DNA of 64,000 bases from an uncultured Gemmatimonadaceae bacterium (GCA_963781585.1 CAWAGQ010000013.1:448001-512000), one strand, 5' to 3'. Shown: positions 42,578-54,374, counted from the first letter of the stretch. Notes: a model not told the origin generated them from the letters alone. Made by a program: numbers and translations.

Positions 42578-44536
42578 TCACACCGCCCGCGCCGCCGCAC
42601 CGCGCCGCAACATCCATCGGTAGAGCCACAGGACAGCCCCGCCGAAGCCCAGCAACCCGAGCCAGGGCGCCGCAGCGAACGACTCCGGAACGAGGCCGAC
42701 CGGCGCGTCGTTCGATGTCGCCACGATGAGCCCCGCGTTGATCACGCCCCAAAGACTCTCGCCGACGATCAGTCCCGAAGCCACCAGTGTCCCCAGCCGC
42801 TCCGTGCGATCGGGGTTGGGTGTTCCCCTGGCGCGACGGCGGAACCAGTGGCCGATCACCGCGCCGACGATCACCGCAAACGTCGCCGACATCGGCAGGT
42901 AGATCCCGATTCCGACGGCGAGCGGGGGAATCCGCATTTTCTTCATCGCGCCGAGCGCCGAGTCGAGCAGAATCATCGTCACGCCGATGACGGCGCCGAT
43001 GCCGATCATCTGCCAGTCCAGCGCGCCACCGATCACTCCCTGCGCGAGCGCCGAAATGAGCGTCGCCTGCGGTGCCGGCAACGGGTTTGGCGCCACCACG
43101 CCGACGTTGGCGGCTCCGGCGAATCCATACGCCTTCGCGAGCAGGTTGAGCACCGAGGGGATCACCGCGGCACCGGCCGCCACACCGACGATGAGCGCGA
43201 CCTGCTGGCGCATCGGCGAGGCACCGACGAGCTGGCCCGTCTTCAAATCCTGGAGGTTGTCGTTGGAGATCGTGGCGCAGGCGAAAACGATCGCGGTGAC
43301 GAAGAGCGCGAACGCGACGAGCGCGGGCCGCGTCGCCTCGTCAGGCGGAACCGCGAGCACCAGAAGCGACGCGCAGATCACGATCGACAGGATGCCGACG
43401 CCCGACACCGGGCTGTTCGACGCCCCGATCAGCCCCGCCATGTAGCCGCAGATGCCCGCGATCAGGAAGCCCACCAGCAGCACGAACGGCACCGCGACCA
43501 GCGTGAGCCGCGCGGCGCTTGCCGCCAGCGGCGTGGACCGCGCGAACGTGTACGCGAGCACGCCGGCCATCGCCAGGCACGCGACCGTCAGCGCGAGGAT
43601 CCACGATGGACCGATGTCGCGATCGAGGTCGTCGGCGCGAGTCGCGGCGCGAGACGCGGCGAGCGTGCTCACGAGGCCGCCGACGACCGGCTTGGCGAGC
43701 GTGGCGAGGGTGTAGATCGCCGCGATGCCGATCGTGCCGGCCCCGATGAATCGCACCTGCCTGCTCCAGATCGTCGCCGTGTGGGCGGCCAGCGTCACCC
43801 CCTGGGCGGCGGGGTGCAGTGCGGTGAGGATCGGTACCGCGGCGCCCCAGGCAATGATCATTCCCACCAGGAACGCGACGCCCACCGAAAGGCCGACCAG
43901 GTGTCCCGCGCCGAGCAGCGCGAGCGACCACGCGATGTCGTAGCCGCTGGAGGCACTCGCGCCGAGACCCAGGAAGCCGCTCACTTCCGCCGCGGCGATG
44001 CGCGTCGCGGTGAGAATCGCCAGGCCGCCGGACGCGACCGAGCCGAGGATGACGGCGACAAGCCCTTCGCGGGCCTCACCCGTTTCGTCCTTGACCTCTC
44101 CGCGCGCACCCGATCCGACCTTGAGCACCTCGGCCGCCGCAACGCCCTCCGGATAGGGGAGGTCGGACGTGGTGACGAGCGCGCGACGCAGCGGAATCGT
44201 GAACAGCACGCCCAGCACGCCACCGCTCACGCAGATCAGGAACGACTGCCAGAACGGAAAGCTGGTCCACCAGCCGACGATGACGAGTCCGGGGAGGACG
44301 AAGATGATCGCCGAAAGGGTCCCGGCCGCGGAGGCGACGGTCTGGACGATGTTGTTCTCGAGGATCGACGAGTCCTTGACGGCGCTCAGCACGGCCATCG
44401 AGATGACCGCCGCCGGGATCGACGAGGCGAAGGTGAGCCCGACCTTGAGCCCGAGGTAGATGTTGGCGGCGGTGAACCCGGTGGTGATCAGCGCGCCGAG
44501 GACCAGGCCGCGGAGCGTGAGTTCTCTGGGCGTCAT
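42578..44536 (-). CDS. OPT-family oligopeptide transporter
   Basis: 'YLGLKVGLTFASSIPAA', 'ENNIVQT', 'YPEG', 'NLQDLKTG', 'APQA'. Confidence 0.92.
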   Translation of the reverse strand: MTPRELTLRGLVLGALITTGFTAANIYLGLKVGLTFASSIPAAVISMAVLSAVKDSSILENNIVQTVASAAGTLSAIIFVLPGLVIVGWWTSFPFWQSFLICVSGGVLGVLFTIPLRRALVTTSDLPYPEGVAAAEVLKVGSGARGEVKDETGEAREGLVAVILGSVASGGLAILTATRIAAAEVSGFLGLGASASSGYDIAWSLALLGAGHLVGLSVGVAFLVGMIIAWGAAVPILTALHPAAQGVTLAAHTATIWSRQVRFIGAGTIGIAAIYTLATLAKPVVGGLVSTLAASRAATRADDLDRDIGPSWILALTVACLAMAGVLAYTFARSTPLAASAARLTLVAVPFVLLVGFLIAGICGYMAGLIGASNSPVSGVGILSIVICASLLVLAVPPDEATRPALVAFALFVTAIVFACATISNDNLQDLKTGQLVGASPMRQQVALIVGVAAGAAVIPSVLNLLAKAYGFAGAANVGVVAPNPLPAPQATLISALAQGVIGGALDWQMIGIGAVIGVTMILLDSALGAMKKMRIPPLAVGIGIYLPMSATFAVIVGAVIGHWFRRRARGTPNPDRTERLGTLVASGLIVGESLWGVINAGLIVATSNDAPVGLVPESFAAAPWLGLLGFGGAVLWLYRWMLRRGAAARAV

Positions 44537-45412
44537 TTGTCCTCACGATTGCAGAACGCCGCCGGCTTCGTGACGATCGCGTGGCCGGCCAGCGCCTGCG
44601 CGAACGCGCTCGCGGTTTCGAACCGATCGGCCGACAGTTTCTTCAGCGCGGTCATCACCGCTGCCGCCACGTTCGGCGGCACCGCCCTTTCGCAGCTCGC
44701 TCACCGGCCGAGGCGTGTCTGCGATAATTCGCATCATCGTCTGCTGCGCCGACCCGCCCTCGTGTGGCGGCACACCCGCCAGCATTTCGTACAGCACTGA
44801 CGCGAGCGAGTAGACGTCGCTGCGCGCCGTGATGTCTTTCTCCGCTGTCGCCTGCTCGGGGCTCATGTAGTGCGGCGTCCCTAACGAGAGCCCGGTCTCG
44901 GTCATCCGCCCGCCCGCCGCCGCACTCACCGCCAGCGCAATGCCAAAGTCCATCACCATCGCCCGCCCGTCGTGCAGCAGGATGTTCTTCGGCTTGATGT
45001 CTCGGTGGATCACCCCGTGCCGGTGCTCGTAGTCCAGCGCGTCCGCCACCTCGGTCGTGATCTTTACGGCCTCGTCGATCCCGAACTGCGTCTCCCGGTT
45101 CAGCTTCTCCCGGATCGTCTCCCCTTCGATGAAGGGCATGACGTAGTAGAGGAACCGGCCCGCCTCGCCCGAGTCGAACAGCGGGAGGATGTGCGGATGG
45201 CTCAGCGCCGCGGTGGTCTTGATCTCCTGCACGAAGCGCTCGGCGCCTAACACCGCCGCAAGCTCGGGCTTCAGGACCTTGATGGCGACCTTCCGGTCGT
45301 GCTTGAGGTCCGCGGCGAGATACACGGTCGCCATGCCGCCCGCGCCCAGCTCCCGCTCGATGCGATATCGGTCCGCGAGGGCCGCGGACAGACGGTCGGT
45401 GGGATCAGCCAT
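44533..45412 (-). pseudogene. Truncated Ser/Thr kinase (kinase domain only), +1 frameshift at ~44686
   Basis: 'LADRYRIERELG', 'HRDIKPKN' (E->K), 'DFG', 'YMSPE'. Deleting one C at 44685-44687 restores 'RKAVPPNVAAAV..ALKKL.ADRF' and ends at a TGA overlapping the OPT ATG. No sensor domain. Confidence 0.65.
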
Positions 45413-45530
45413 GTGGCGCCAACATGCAGGAGCGCATGGCAAGGAGCAAGGCGACGGGAGACGAGGCCGTCGCTTCCACGGGCGTCTCATCCCCTTCTCA
45501 CCACGCCGCGATTCAGGCGAGATTCCGCGA

Positions 45531-47769
45531 ATGATCCCATTACCTTGGACCTTCCGAACTGCCGGTGTCGTCTTCGTGCTTGGCAGCGTTCTCGCGGCCA
45601 TGCACCAAGCGCCGACGGCGCGCCCCGTGGACCTCGCCGCCGCGCGTGCCCTGTTAACACGCGTGGTGCCTGGCAACGCCCACGCGTTCGAGGTCGCGGC
45701 GATTCCCGACAGCGCCGGCCGCGACGTGTTCGAGGTGGAGAGCCGTGGCTCGAGCGTGATCCTCCGCGGTTCGTCCGGTGTGGCCATCGCCTCGGCGCTC
45801 AACTGGTATCTGGAGCATGTGGCCGGCGTGAACGCCTCGCTCCCACTGAAACCGATCACGCTTCCCACCTCTCTTCCACGTGTGCCGGCCAAAGTGCGGG
45901 TCGCGACGCCGTACAATGTCCGCTACTTCTTCAACTACTGCACCTTTTCCTACTCCATGGCATGGTGGCGCTGGAGCGACTGGCAGTCGATGATCGACTG
46001 GATGGCGCTCAAGGGGATCAACGCGCCGCTCGCCGTCACCGGCCAGGAAGCCGTGTGGCGGCTCGTCCTCGAGGACTTCGGATTCAGCCGAAAACAGGTC
46101 GCTGACTTCCTGGTGGGGCCGGCCTATCTGCCGTGGGGCTGGATGGCCAACATCGACGGCCTGGGCGGCCCGCTCCCGGACAGCTGGATCGACAGCCACG
46201 TCGAGCTGGAGCGTCAGATTCTCGCGCGTGAGCGCTCGCTCGGCATGACGCCGGTGCTGCAGGGCTTCACCGGCCACGTGCCGCAGTCGATCACGCAGGT
46301 CATTCCCGGTGCACGCATCCACCAGACCGGCGACTGGTCGGCGGGATTTTCCGGCACCTGGTTCCTCGACCCGCACGATTCGCTCTTCCAGCGCATGGGA
46401 CGGCGGTTCATCGAGCGGCAGACGGAATTGTTCGGCACCGACCACCTCTACGCGGCCGATCCGTTCAACGAGATCAATCCGCCGTCGAATGACTCGACTT
46501 TCCTGGCCGGGATGGGCGGGGCGATCTACGACGCCATGCGTTCGGCCGATTCCAGCGCGACCTGGGTGATCCAGGCGTGGTTCCTCGTGTACGGCGCAAA
46601 GTTCTGGCAGGATCCGCAGGCGGAGGCGCTGCTCGGCGCGGTGCCTGACGAGCGAATGCTGGTGCTGGACCTCTGGGGTGACCGATCGCCGGGATGGAAG
46701 GCGCGCCGCGGTTTCTACGGCAAGCCGTGGATCTGGAACGTGCTGTACAACTTCGGTGGCAAGGTCAGCGTCAACGGCGACCTGCCACGGATCGCCGCCA
46801 ATCTCGACAGCGCGATCCGGAGCCCGGACAAGGGACGCATGGAAGGTCTCGGGATGACGATGGAGGGGCTGGGCACCAATCCGATCGTCCCCGATTTCGT
46901 GATGGACCAGGTGTGGCGCGACAGCGTCCCCGATGTGGCGGCGTGGACGCACGAATACATCGCGCGCCGCTACGGGCGGTTCAATGCGTCCGCGTGGAAC
47001 GCCTGGCAGCTATTGCTCGCCACCGCGTTCCGCTCGCCGGCCCAGACCGGGAACTTCCTGGCCGAGCGGCCGCAGTTCTATATGAAGGGGCGCGCGTACC
47101 GGACCGAGCCGATCGCCCCTTACGACCACCGGATCCTGGACCGCGCCCTGGATTCGCTGCTCGCGGCCGCGCGGGTGCTCGGGGCCAGCGACGCCTATCG
47201 CTACGACGTGGTGAATCTGACACGGCAGGTGCTCGGGCCAGCTGGGACTGCCGCTCGTCAATCGCGTGCAGGAGGCGTACGAGCGGAAGGACCGGTCGGC
47301 ACTGATGGCGGCGGAGGGACAGATCAGGTCACTGCTCCGCGATATCGACACGCTGGTGGGGACGCGGCCGGAGTTCCTGCTGGGACGCTGGATTGCAGAC
47401 GCGAAGCGCTGGGGAACGACGGACGCGGAGCGGCGCCTCTACGAGTGGAATGCCCGCAACATCATCACCCTGTGGGGCACCAAGTGCACCGAAGGTCAGA
47501 ATGACGACCTGAATCTCTACGCGTTCAAGGAGTGGGAGGGGATGTTCACCTCGTACTTCCTGCCGCGGTGGGAGGCGTTCTTCAAGCAGCTGAACGCGTC
47601 GCTCGAGACCGGCGCGCCCTTCGATCGCGCGCCGTTCGCCGCGGCGTCGTGCGAATGGGAGCAGCGGTGGTCACGTGATACGAGCACGTTTCGTACCGAG
47701 CCAGTGGGCGACGCTGTGGAGACGGCGCGGGGGCTCCTGCACACGTGGCGCGCCGAGCTTCCGCGTTAG
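45531..47769 (+). CDS. Alpha-N-acetylglucosaminidase (GH89), split by a +1 frameshift at ~47236
   Basis: 'YFFNYCTFSYS', 'IDWMALKGIN', 'DPFNE', 'MEG', 'NARNIITLWG'. Removing one G at 47235-47237 joins both ORFs (..VLGQLGLPLVNRVQEAY..). Confidence 0.88.
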
Positions 47770-47790
47770 GCGTGCACGCCAACGCCCGCG

Positions 47791-48909
47791 TCAGTGAATC
47801 GACGTCGGCTCGGCGACCGAGCGGTCGAAGTGGTTTTTCGTCAGGTCGAGCGGGTCGGCACGCAGGGCGATGACGCCGTAGTGCTCGTTGCTGATCTGGT
47901 TGCCGGAGATGACGGTGCCACGAATCGGGACGACGGCGCTGAAGATGCTGATTCCGGCCGGGTGCTTGTCGGCCGGATTCAGGACGTCGGTGCCGTTGTC
48001 CGCGAGGATATTGTCCTTCAGGACGTTGCCATCCAGGTTCTGAAAGGGAGCGTGCCCGTGGATCATGAGGCCCGCATACAGGTTCCCGGTGGACGTGTTC
48101 CCTTCCACGAGGTTCCCCCACGCCGCCGATCCGGGGCTTGCGGCAAAAATGCCGATCCCGGCGCCCCCGCTGGCGGACACCGTGTTTCGCACCACGACGA
48201 TGCGATAGACGCCGCCCACCTCAGGTGCCGCCGCGGCCGTGGTATCGATCCAGTGTGAGGCCAGCGTGATACCGCAGTCCTTCGGGTTGTCGGCAATGAT
48301 GTTCTCACTGATCGTGTCGTCCGCGACGGGGCCATCTTCGTCCGTCAGCAGGATGCCGCCGAGGTTGTGCCGTATCGTGTTGCCGCGCACGACCGCGCCG
48401 GTCACCGTCTGCAGGTGGATCGCCTCGCCGCAATCCGATTGGTGCTTGGTACACAGCGGGTTGTCGATCCCGTACGCGTCATTGTCCTCGAGGATGTTGT
48501 TCTCAACTGTCACGTGCGAAGTCTTCAGGACGGAGATTCCTTCGAGACCCGCGTTCCGGATCGTGAACCCGGTGACCTTCGTTCCCGCCCCGCTGTCGCC
48601 GGTGACCAGGAAGCCGTTGGGCGGCGATGCCTGTCCCCCGGCGTCGATCGTGGCATGATGGCCGAGCAGCGCCAGGCGCTTCGACACCACGACGGCCTCG
48701 TGGTACGTCCCGCTGTCCACGGAGATCGTATCGCCGGGGGTCGCCTGGCGCACCGCGTAGGCAATCGTGCGGCAGGACGCCGCCTTGCAGTCGCCGGCGT
48801 CCTTTCCGGATGCCGCGACGCGCCGACCGGGAGTGCGGCCGGCGCATGCCCCGATACTCATGAGAGAGCACAACGTGGCAAGCGCGGGAAGCGATCGGCG
48901 GTACGGCAT
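47791..48909 (-). CDS. Exported right-handed beta-helix (pectin lyase/NosD-like) protein, possible lipoprotein
   Basis: Signal-like N-terminus with Cys, 'TIAYAV..A.PGDTI.V..GTY.E', Asn/Gly-rich parallel beta-helix repeats. Confidence 0.75.
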   Translation of the reverse strand: MPYRRSLPALATLCSLMSIGACAGRTPGRRVAASGKDAGDCKAASCRTIAYAVRQATPGDTISVDSGTYHEAVVVSKRLALLGHHATIDAGGQASPPNGFLVTGDSGAGTKVTGFTIRNAGLEGISVLKTSHVTVENNILEDNDAYGIDNPLCTKHQSDCGEAIHLQTVTGAVVRGNTIRHNLGGILLTDEDGPVADDTISENIIADNPKDCGITLASHWIDTTAAAAPEVGGVYRIVVVRNTVSASGGAGIGIFAASPGSAAWGNLVEGNTSTGNLYAGLMIHGHAPFQNLDGNVLKDNILADNGTDVLNPADKHPAGISIFSAVVPIRGTVISGNQISNEHYGVIALRADPLDLTKNHFDRSVAEPTSIH

Positions 48910-49049
48910 GCGGGTCCCCGTGTGGAGGGCGCGGGAGGATGGCCGGCGTGGGGCGGAATGTCAACCGCTTCGTCTAACAGCATCGGTCGGCCGAGCAGGT
49001 CGCCGACGGCGGCAGCGCCGGCTGGCGCGAAGCGCCGGCAGCTTCGGCG

Positions 49050-49344
49050 TCACGTCCTCGCCTTCGAGTTCAGCAACGTCAGGAAGTCCTCGACATGCAC
49101 GAGCTGACCGGGCGTGCCAGAGCCATTCACGCGGACCATCAGGAATCGCTGGTCATCGGGAGCAACGTCGTACATCCGGTGGGTTCACGGCACTCACGTA
49201 CGGCTCCGCGGAGAAGAGCGGCCTCGGCGTGCCTGACGTGAATGTGGCCTCGGTCCCGACGACGACGGACATGAGCATGCCATCGCCGCTCTTGTAGAAC
49301 AGTTCCCGCCCGCTGCGCGCCCATCGCGGCTCGGTGCCTCCGTT
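49050..49344 (-). pseudogene. C-terminal remnant of a PD40-type (kinase-associated) beta-propeller gene
   Basis: 'GGTEPRWARSGRELFYKS...GTPRPLF...', +1 shift at 49181-49183, then 'YDVAPDDQRFLMVR...LVHVEDFLTLL'; no start region. Confidence 0.65.
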
Positions 49345-49362
49345 GCACCTCGGTGGCGAGCT

Positions 49363-49908
49363 TCACACCCTGTCGCGCGCGGCGCCGCGTTCCTCCAGGT
49401 AGAGCGCGGTCCCGATGATCGCGCCCGCGAGCGCGTTCGCGAGCAGTACGCGCGGGAGGCCCAGCACGTCGATGGCGACGGGCGTGCCGGCGTACCAGCG
49501 GAGCACGTACAGCAGCCCCGTGCACACAATGCTGGTATAGGCAACACCGCCGGCGAGGCTCTTCCAGAAGGCCGAGGCGTTCAGAATGAAGGCGGCGGTT
49601 GCGCCGACTGCCGCGAAGGTCAGCAGATGCAGGACGGTGTAGCCGAGGACTTGGAGGACGAGCACGACGAACGACTGCACCTGGCTGATCATCCCCGGAC
49701 TGTTTCCTGCTCCGCCGAACAGCGCCGACGCGAGAGCCGTCGGGATGACGAGCGGCTGCAGCCTGAGCGCTCCCTCCACGAAGAAGAGGCCCGCGACCGC
49801 GGCCGCGGCGAGGAGCCCGCCCGCGACACCCGCCTGAACGCGATGCGCGACTCGCATGGCACTGTGGCGCAGGCGGCTCGCTGCGGTCCGATCAGGTCCG
49901 TCGCTCAT
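49363..49908 (-). CDS. Hypothetical membrane protein (about 4 TM segments)
   Basis: Hydrophobic segments, 'GYTVLH'; GGAG upstream of ATG 49908. Confidence 0.65.
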   Translation of the reverse strand: MSDGPDRTAASRLRHSAMRVAHRVQAGVAGGLLAAAAVAGLFFVEGALRLQPLVIPTALASALFGGAGNSPGMISQVQSFVVLVLQVLGYTVLHLLTFAAVGATAAFILNASAFWKSLAGGVAYTSIVCTGLLYVLRWYAGTPVAIDVLGLPRVLLANALAGAIIGTALYLEERGAARDRV

Positions 49909-50332
49909 CGAGCGCTCCGGTTTGGGGTGTGAAGGAGGTGGCAACTCTCTGTGCGTTCATTGGCCGTCGGTGGCGAGGCATTTCAGGAGCGCGCCGACTT
50001 TCGTGGGAGATGAGTCATAGGGCGAGGTCAACATGCCGGGGACGCACAGGTGCTCCCATGCACTGGCGGAGCACGAATGACCGAATTCCGTTGGGTCCGT
50101 AGACGTTTTCGCACCTGAAGGTGCGCACCGTGCGGCAGGCGCGTCAGGTGCGATCCGGAGGGATTGGCGCCGACGATCCCTGTTCTGTCGGAACGGTCGT
50201 CCGGCGGGCCTCGGTTCACGATGGTGCGCACCACTCTTACGCGCTCGCGCAGCGTCGGAGCGCGGTGTCTGCCTGACGAGCGACCAGGTGCTCGGATCAG
50301 TGGCGCCCGCGCCCCTGGCCACACTGACCTCC

Positions 50333-50848
50333 TCAGTTACCAGCTGGCTCGAGATTGGAGAAGTGCGAGTGGACGATCTTCCAGCCGCCATCCCGCTTCT
50401 CCAGCACGAGCGTAACTACGGCCGGCGGAGTCGGCTGGAACTGCGCCGCGATGTCCTTGGGAGTGTCGGCGGGAAGGATCGTCGTGGTGTAGCGATAGAA
50501 GCTCGCCACCGCCACCGACCCGTTGCCGTAGAGCTTGATCAGTCGGTCGCGGTCCTCCGTGAAGGTCCGGATTCCGGGAACGAGCTTCTTGAGTTGATCC
50601 ATTCCCGCCTGTTGAATCCGCATGTTCGCCGCCTGGTCGGTGCGACGCCCGGCTCCATTGCCGATCCAGACGCGGTCGGCGGTCATCAGCTGTGCCTGGC
50701 CGCTCATGTCCATCCCATCTTCGAGAGCGCCGTAGTGATCGATCAGCTGATTCACCGCGTCGATGTCCGCCTGACGCTGCGCGTTGGCGAGTGTCGGAGC
50801 ACCGAACCCCAGGACCACGGCCAGGGCACTATGCAGGATCGTTCTCAT
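50333..50848 (-). CDS. Exported SnoaL/NTF2-like protein
   Basis: Signal peptide 'MRTILHSALAVVLGFGAPTLANA', C-terminal 'TLVLEKRDGGWKIVHSHFS'; GGAGGAG RBS. Confidence 0.8.
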   Translation of the reverse strand: MRTILHSALAVVLGFGAPTLANAQRQADIDAVNQLIDHYGALEDGMDMSGQAQLMTADRVWIGNGAGRRTDQAANMRIQQAGMDQLKKLVPGIRTFTEDRDRLIKLYGNGSVAVASFYRYTTTILPADTPKDIAAQFQPTPPAVVTLVLEKRDGGWKIVHSHFSNLEPAGN

Positions 50849-51055
50849 GGACTTCTCCTCCGCCGTTGAGGGTTGGTTGAGTACATCCTGGAATGGGTGC
50901 TGCGGCTGGCCTCTGGCGCGCGCGTACGACGCCCCGGACCCCTGGCCCGCCGGTTTCCGTGTTCGCTGCGCTCTCGAACGTGCGTATCGACGGCGCGAAG
51001 CCAGTGCGCGGGCTAACCGGTTGACGCGCGGCACCGCTCTCGCGGCTATCGGTCG

Positions 51056-51124
51056 CCCGACCTCGTGCTCGATGCGGTGGCGGTTGGCCAGGACGGCGGC
51101 GAGGCGGGTAGCGATCTCACCCAT
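51056..51124 (-). pseudogene. N-terminal remnant of a Ser/Thr kinase gene
   Basis: 'MGEIATRLAAVLANRHRIEHEVG' parallels 'MADPTDRLSAALADRYRIERELG' at 45412; similarity stops before the Gly loop. Confidence 0.5.
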
Positions 51125-51291
51125 CTTGCCCAACATACGGCGCCTCTCGCGCAATGTCGAACCGAGGGCCTCGCCTTTGTCCGATTGGTGGGTGCTCGGA
51201 TCACCGTTGCCAACGCCGATGAGTCGGCCGCTGCCGGTGACAATCGCGTGATCATCGCGCTCTTCCGGATGTGCGGCGAGGCGCGGCCCAC

Positions 51292-51338
51292 AAAAACGGT
51301 CGAGGTCCAGCGTGCTCCCTTGTGCACGCTGGACCTCG
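51292..51338 (-). terminator. Intrinsic terminator: 15-bp perfect stem, 8-nt loop, followed by ACCGTTTTT
   Basis: CGAGGTCCAGCGTGC (51301-51315) pairs with GCACGCTGGACCTCG (51324-51338). Confidence 0.7.
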
Positions 51339-51391
51339 CCTTCTAAATGACCGATCGGCGCAGATGCGTCGGTCAGCCGACTAATGAAGCG

Positions 51392-51436
51392 CTAGCGGCT
51401 TCCGGCGATCCACGCCGTAGTAGGGTCACTGGACAC
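51392..51436 (-). CDS. 14-aa small ORF MSSDPTTAWIAGSR behind a 15-nt extended Shine-Dalgarno (rreB-like small mRNA)
   Basis: AAGGAGGTGATCCAG (51450-51436) runs into the GTG start; TAG at 51394-51392; own promoter and terminator. Confidence 0.62.
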   Translation of the reverse strand: MSSDPTTAWIAGSR

Positions 51437-51479
51437 TGGATCACCTCCTTGTTGTAGGGTGGAAGCGAAAGGGCGTTTC

Positions 51480-51508
51480 ACGATACAACGGCGACACGCC
51501 GGTCTCAA
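51480..51508 (-). promoter_or_regulatory. Sigma70-type promoter TTGAGA-N17-TATCGT for the small mRNA
   Basis: -35 at 51508-51503, -10 at 51485-51480. Confidence 0.55.
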
Positions 51509-51543
51509 CCCGGGTACAGCCTTGGGGGCGGCGGCCGCCCGTT

Positions 51544-52530
<987 letters not shown>

Positions 52531-52700
52531 TGCGACCTCCATACGAACGTTGACGTCCCGCGTCGAGCGCGACGTCCCTGGTTCCGATTCCCCGCGCTGC
52601 GATTCGACTACTTCGGCGCGGGCCCCGCGATCCACCGCGGCGGGCGATCGATGCACCCTGTGTGACGTTAGAGGACGCGCAGTCCGCGAGGTACCCCCGG

Positions 52701-54326
52701 TCAGCGCTCCATGAGCGGCGGTGTCTCGCGGAAGCTGCGCGTCCGGCTGAGCACGACGAACAGCGTCGCGAGCCCCAGATACGCCACCGCCCAGTGGTAT
52801 GGCAGACGCGACGATGTCTCCCATGGCAGATAGATGTTTGCGGCCGGCATCACCGAGTGAATGAACCCGAAGAAGGACAGCGTGGCGCAGGCGACGAGAA
52901 TGGCCGCCGCTCGCGCGATCTGGCGGTCGATCAGGAAGGCGAGCGCCCCGCCCCAGAGCAGCGCGGTGAGAATGAACCCGTTGGCGAGCATGACCACTAC
53001 CCCACAGGTCTGAATGAAATCGGGGTTGGTGATCCCGCTTGCGGCCATGGCCCCCGCCGGGTCGAGCGCCGCCGACATCAGGGCGCCGTTGTGCACCTGG
53101 GAGAGGAAGATCGAGACCAGGTACGCCACCGACGGCATCACGGCCAGGGTGACGGCCGCGACGTGACGCCGGGGTGACGCCAGGAAACTCTGACCGGTGA
53201 TCTCGAGGCCGATGAAGAAGAGCACCGGGGCGAGGGCGGGTCGGGGCAGGGCGCCGGCCAGAAAGGCGATGTATCCGAAGATCCCGCCGAGGCCAATCAC
53301 GAGGCCGGTCGCGAGCGTGTAGGCGGCCCGGCCGCCCATGTCCTTGTACGCCGGGTGGCCGATGTACGGCGTGGTCTGGCTGATGCCGCCGCACACCCCG
53401 GCCAGCAACGTCGCCACCGCCTCGGTGAGGAGGATGTCGCGGGTGCGATAGTCGTCTCCGGCCACGCGCGCGCTTTCCGTGACGTCGATACCGCCCACGA
53501 TCGTCAGCACCGCAAACGGCAGCGCCAGCGGCAGATACTGGGTCACCGCGAGATGGAATCCCGAGAGAAAGCCGAGCGTGGGCATGGGAAACGCGAGCGG
53601 GAACGTTGCCGCCGGAATCGACACCGGGTGGGTGGACAGGCCCGCCACCCCCATGCCGTAGTACAACAGGGCCCCCACCACTACCGCGGCCAGGACCTGC
53701 GGGGCGCGGAACGGCAGCCTGATCTTCGCCACCAGCGCGTAGAGAATGATGCCTAACGCGATCATCCCCACCACCGGTTCGCTGTAGATTTCGGTCAGCT
53801 GCAGCGTGCCCAGGAGCGCGATCCCCACGCCACCGATCGAACCCAGCAGACCGGCGCGCGGAATCCAGCGTCGCAGGCGTTCCCCCACGAACGCCATGCC
53901 AAGCTTGAAGAGGCCGATCACGACCATCGTCGCCATGCCCACCTGCCAGGCGAGCACCGCGGCGTCCGCCTCGGCCATCCGGGTCTTCGCCGCGACGAAC
54001 GCCGGGCCGAGCACCGCGAACGCCATGCCGATGGTGGACGGCGTGTCGGTCCCCAGCGGCATGGCGGTGACATCGTCGCGGCCGGTACGTCTGGCCAGCC
54101 GGAACGCCAGCCAGGTGTAGACCAGGTCGCCGAACATCACGCCCAGCGCGGTGCCGGGAAACATCCGCCGGTACACCAGATCGGCCGGGAAGCCGAACCC
54201 GGCCACCAGAATCCCGGCGAGGATCGCCAGGTTGACGATGTTGTCGAGGATGAGCCCGAAGAAGGCGTTGACGTCGCCTAACGTGGCCCATCGATACACG
54301 GGCCGGGGAGCGGCGGTGGCGGTCAT
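52701..54326 (-). CDS. NCS2/AzgA-like nucleobase permease
   Basis: '[11 protein letters not shown]', 'TAMPLG.DTPS', 'ESA..AGD.Y', '[10 protein letters not shown]'; many TM segments. Confidence 0.8.
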   Translation of the reverse strand: MTATAAPRPVYRWATLGDVNAFFGLILDNIVNLAILAGILVAGFGFPADLVYRRMFPGTALGVMFGDLVYTWLAFRLARRTGRDDVTAMPLGTDTPSTIGMAFAVLGPAFVAAKTRMAEADAAVLAWQVGMATMVVIGLFKLGMAFVGERLRRWIPRAGLLGSIGGVGIALLGTLQLTEIYSEPVVGMIALGIILYALVAKIRLPFRAPQVLAAVVVGALLYYGMGVAGLSTHPVSIPAATFPLAFPMPTLGFLSGFHLAVTQYLPLALPFAVLTIVGGIDVTESARVAGDDYRTRDILLTEAVATLLAGVCGGISQTTPYIGHPAYKDMGGRAAYTLATGLVIGLGGIFGYIAFLAGALPRPALAPVLFFIGLEITGQSFLASPRRHVAAVTLAVMPSVAYLVSIFLSQVHNGALMSAALDPAGAMAASGITNPDFIQTCGVVVMLANGFILTALLWGGALAFLIDRQIARAAAILVACATLSFFGFIHSVMPAANIYLPWETSSRLPYHWAVAYLGLATLFVVLSRTRSFRETPPLMER

Positions 54327-54374
54327 CGCGCGCCGGCGGCCCTCGGCGACCTCGCGATCCGGCCCTTCACCGCA

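Noticed and set aside
51436..51450. CTGGATCACCTCCTT as the 3' end of a 16S rRNA gene
   Set aside because: No other 16S sequence precedes it on the plus strand; it is better explained as an extended SD on the minus strand.
52531..54291. Apparent 915-aa ORF extending the aldo/keto reductase upstream
   Set aside because: The extension is an alternative frame over the NCS2 permease; the AKR has its own RBS and GTG at 52530.
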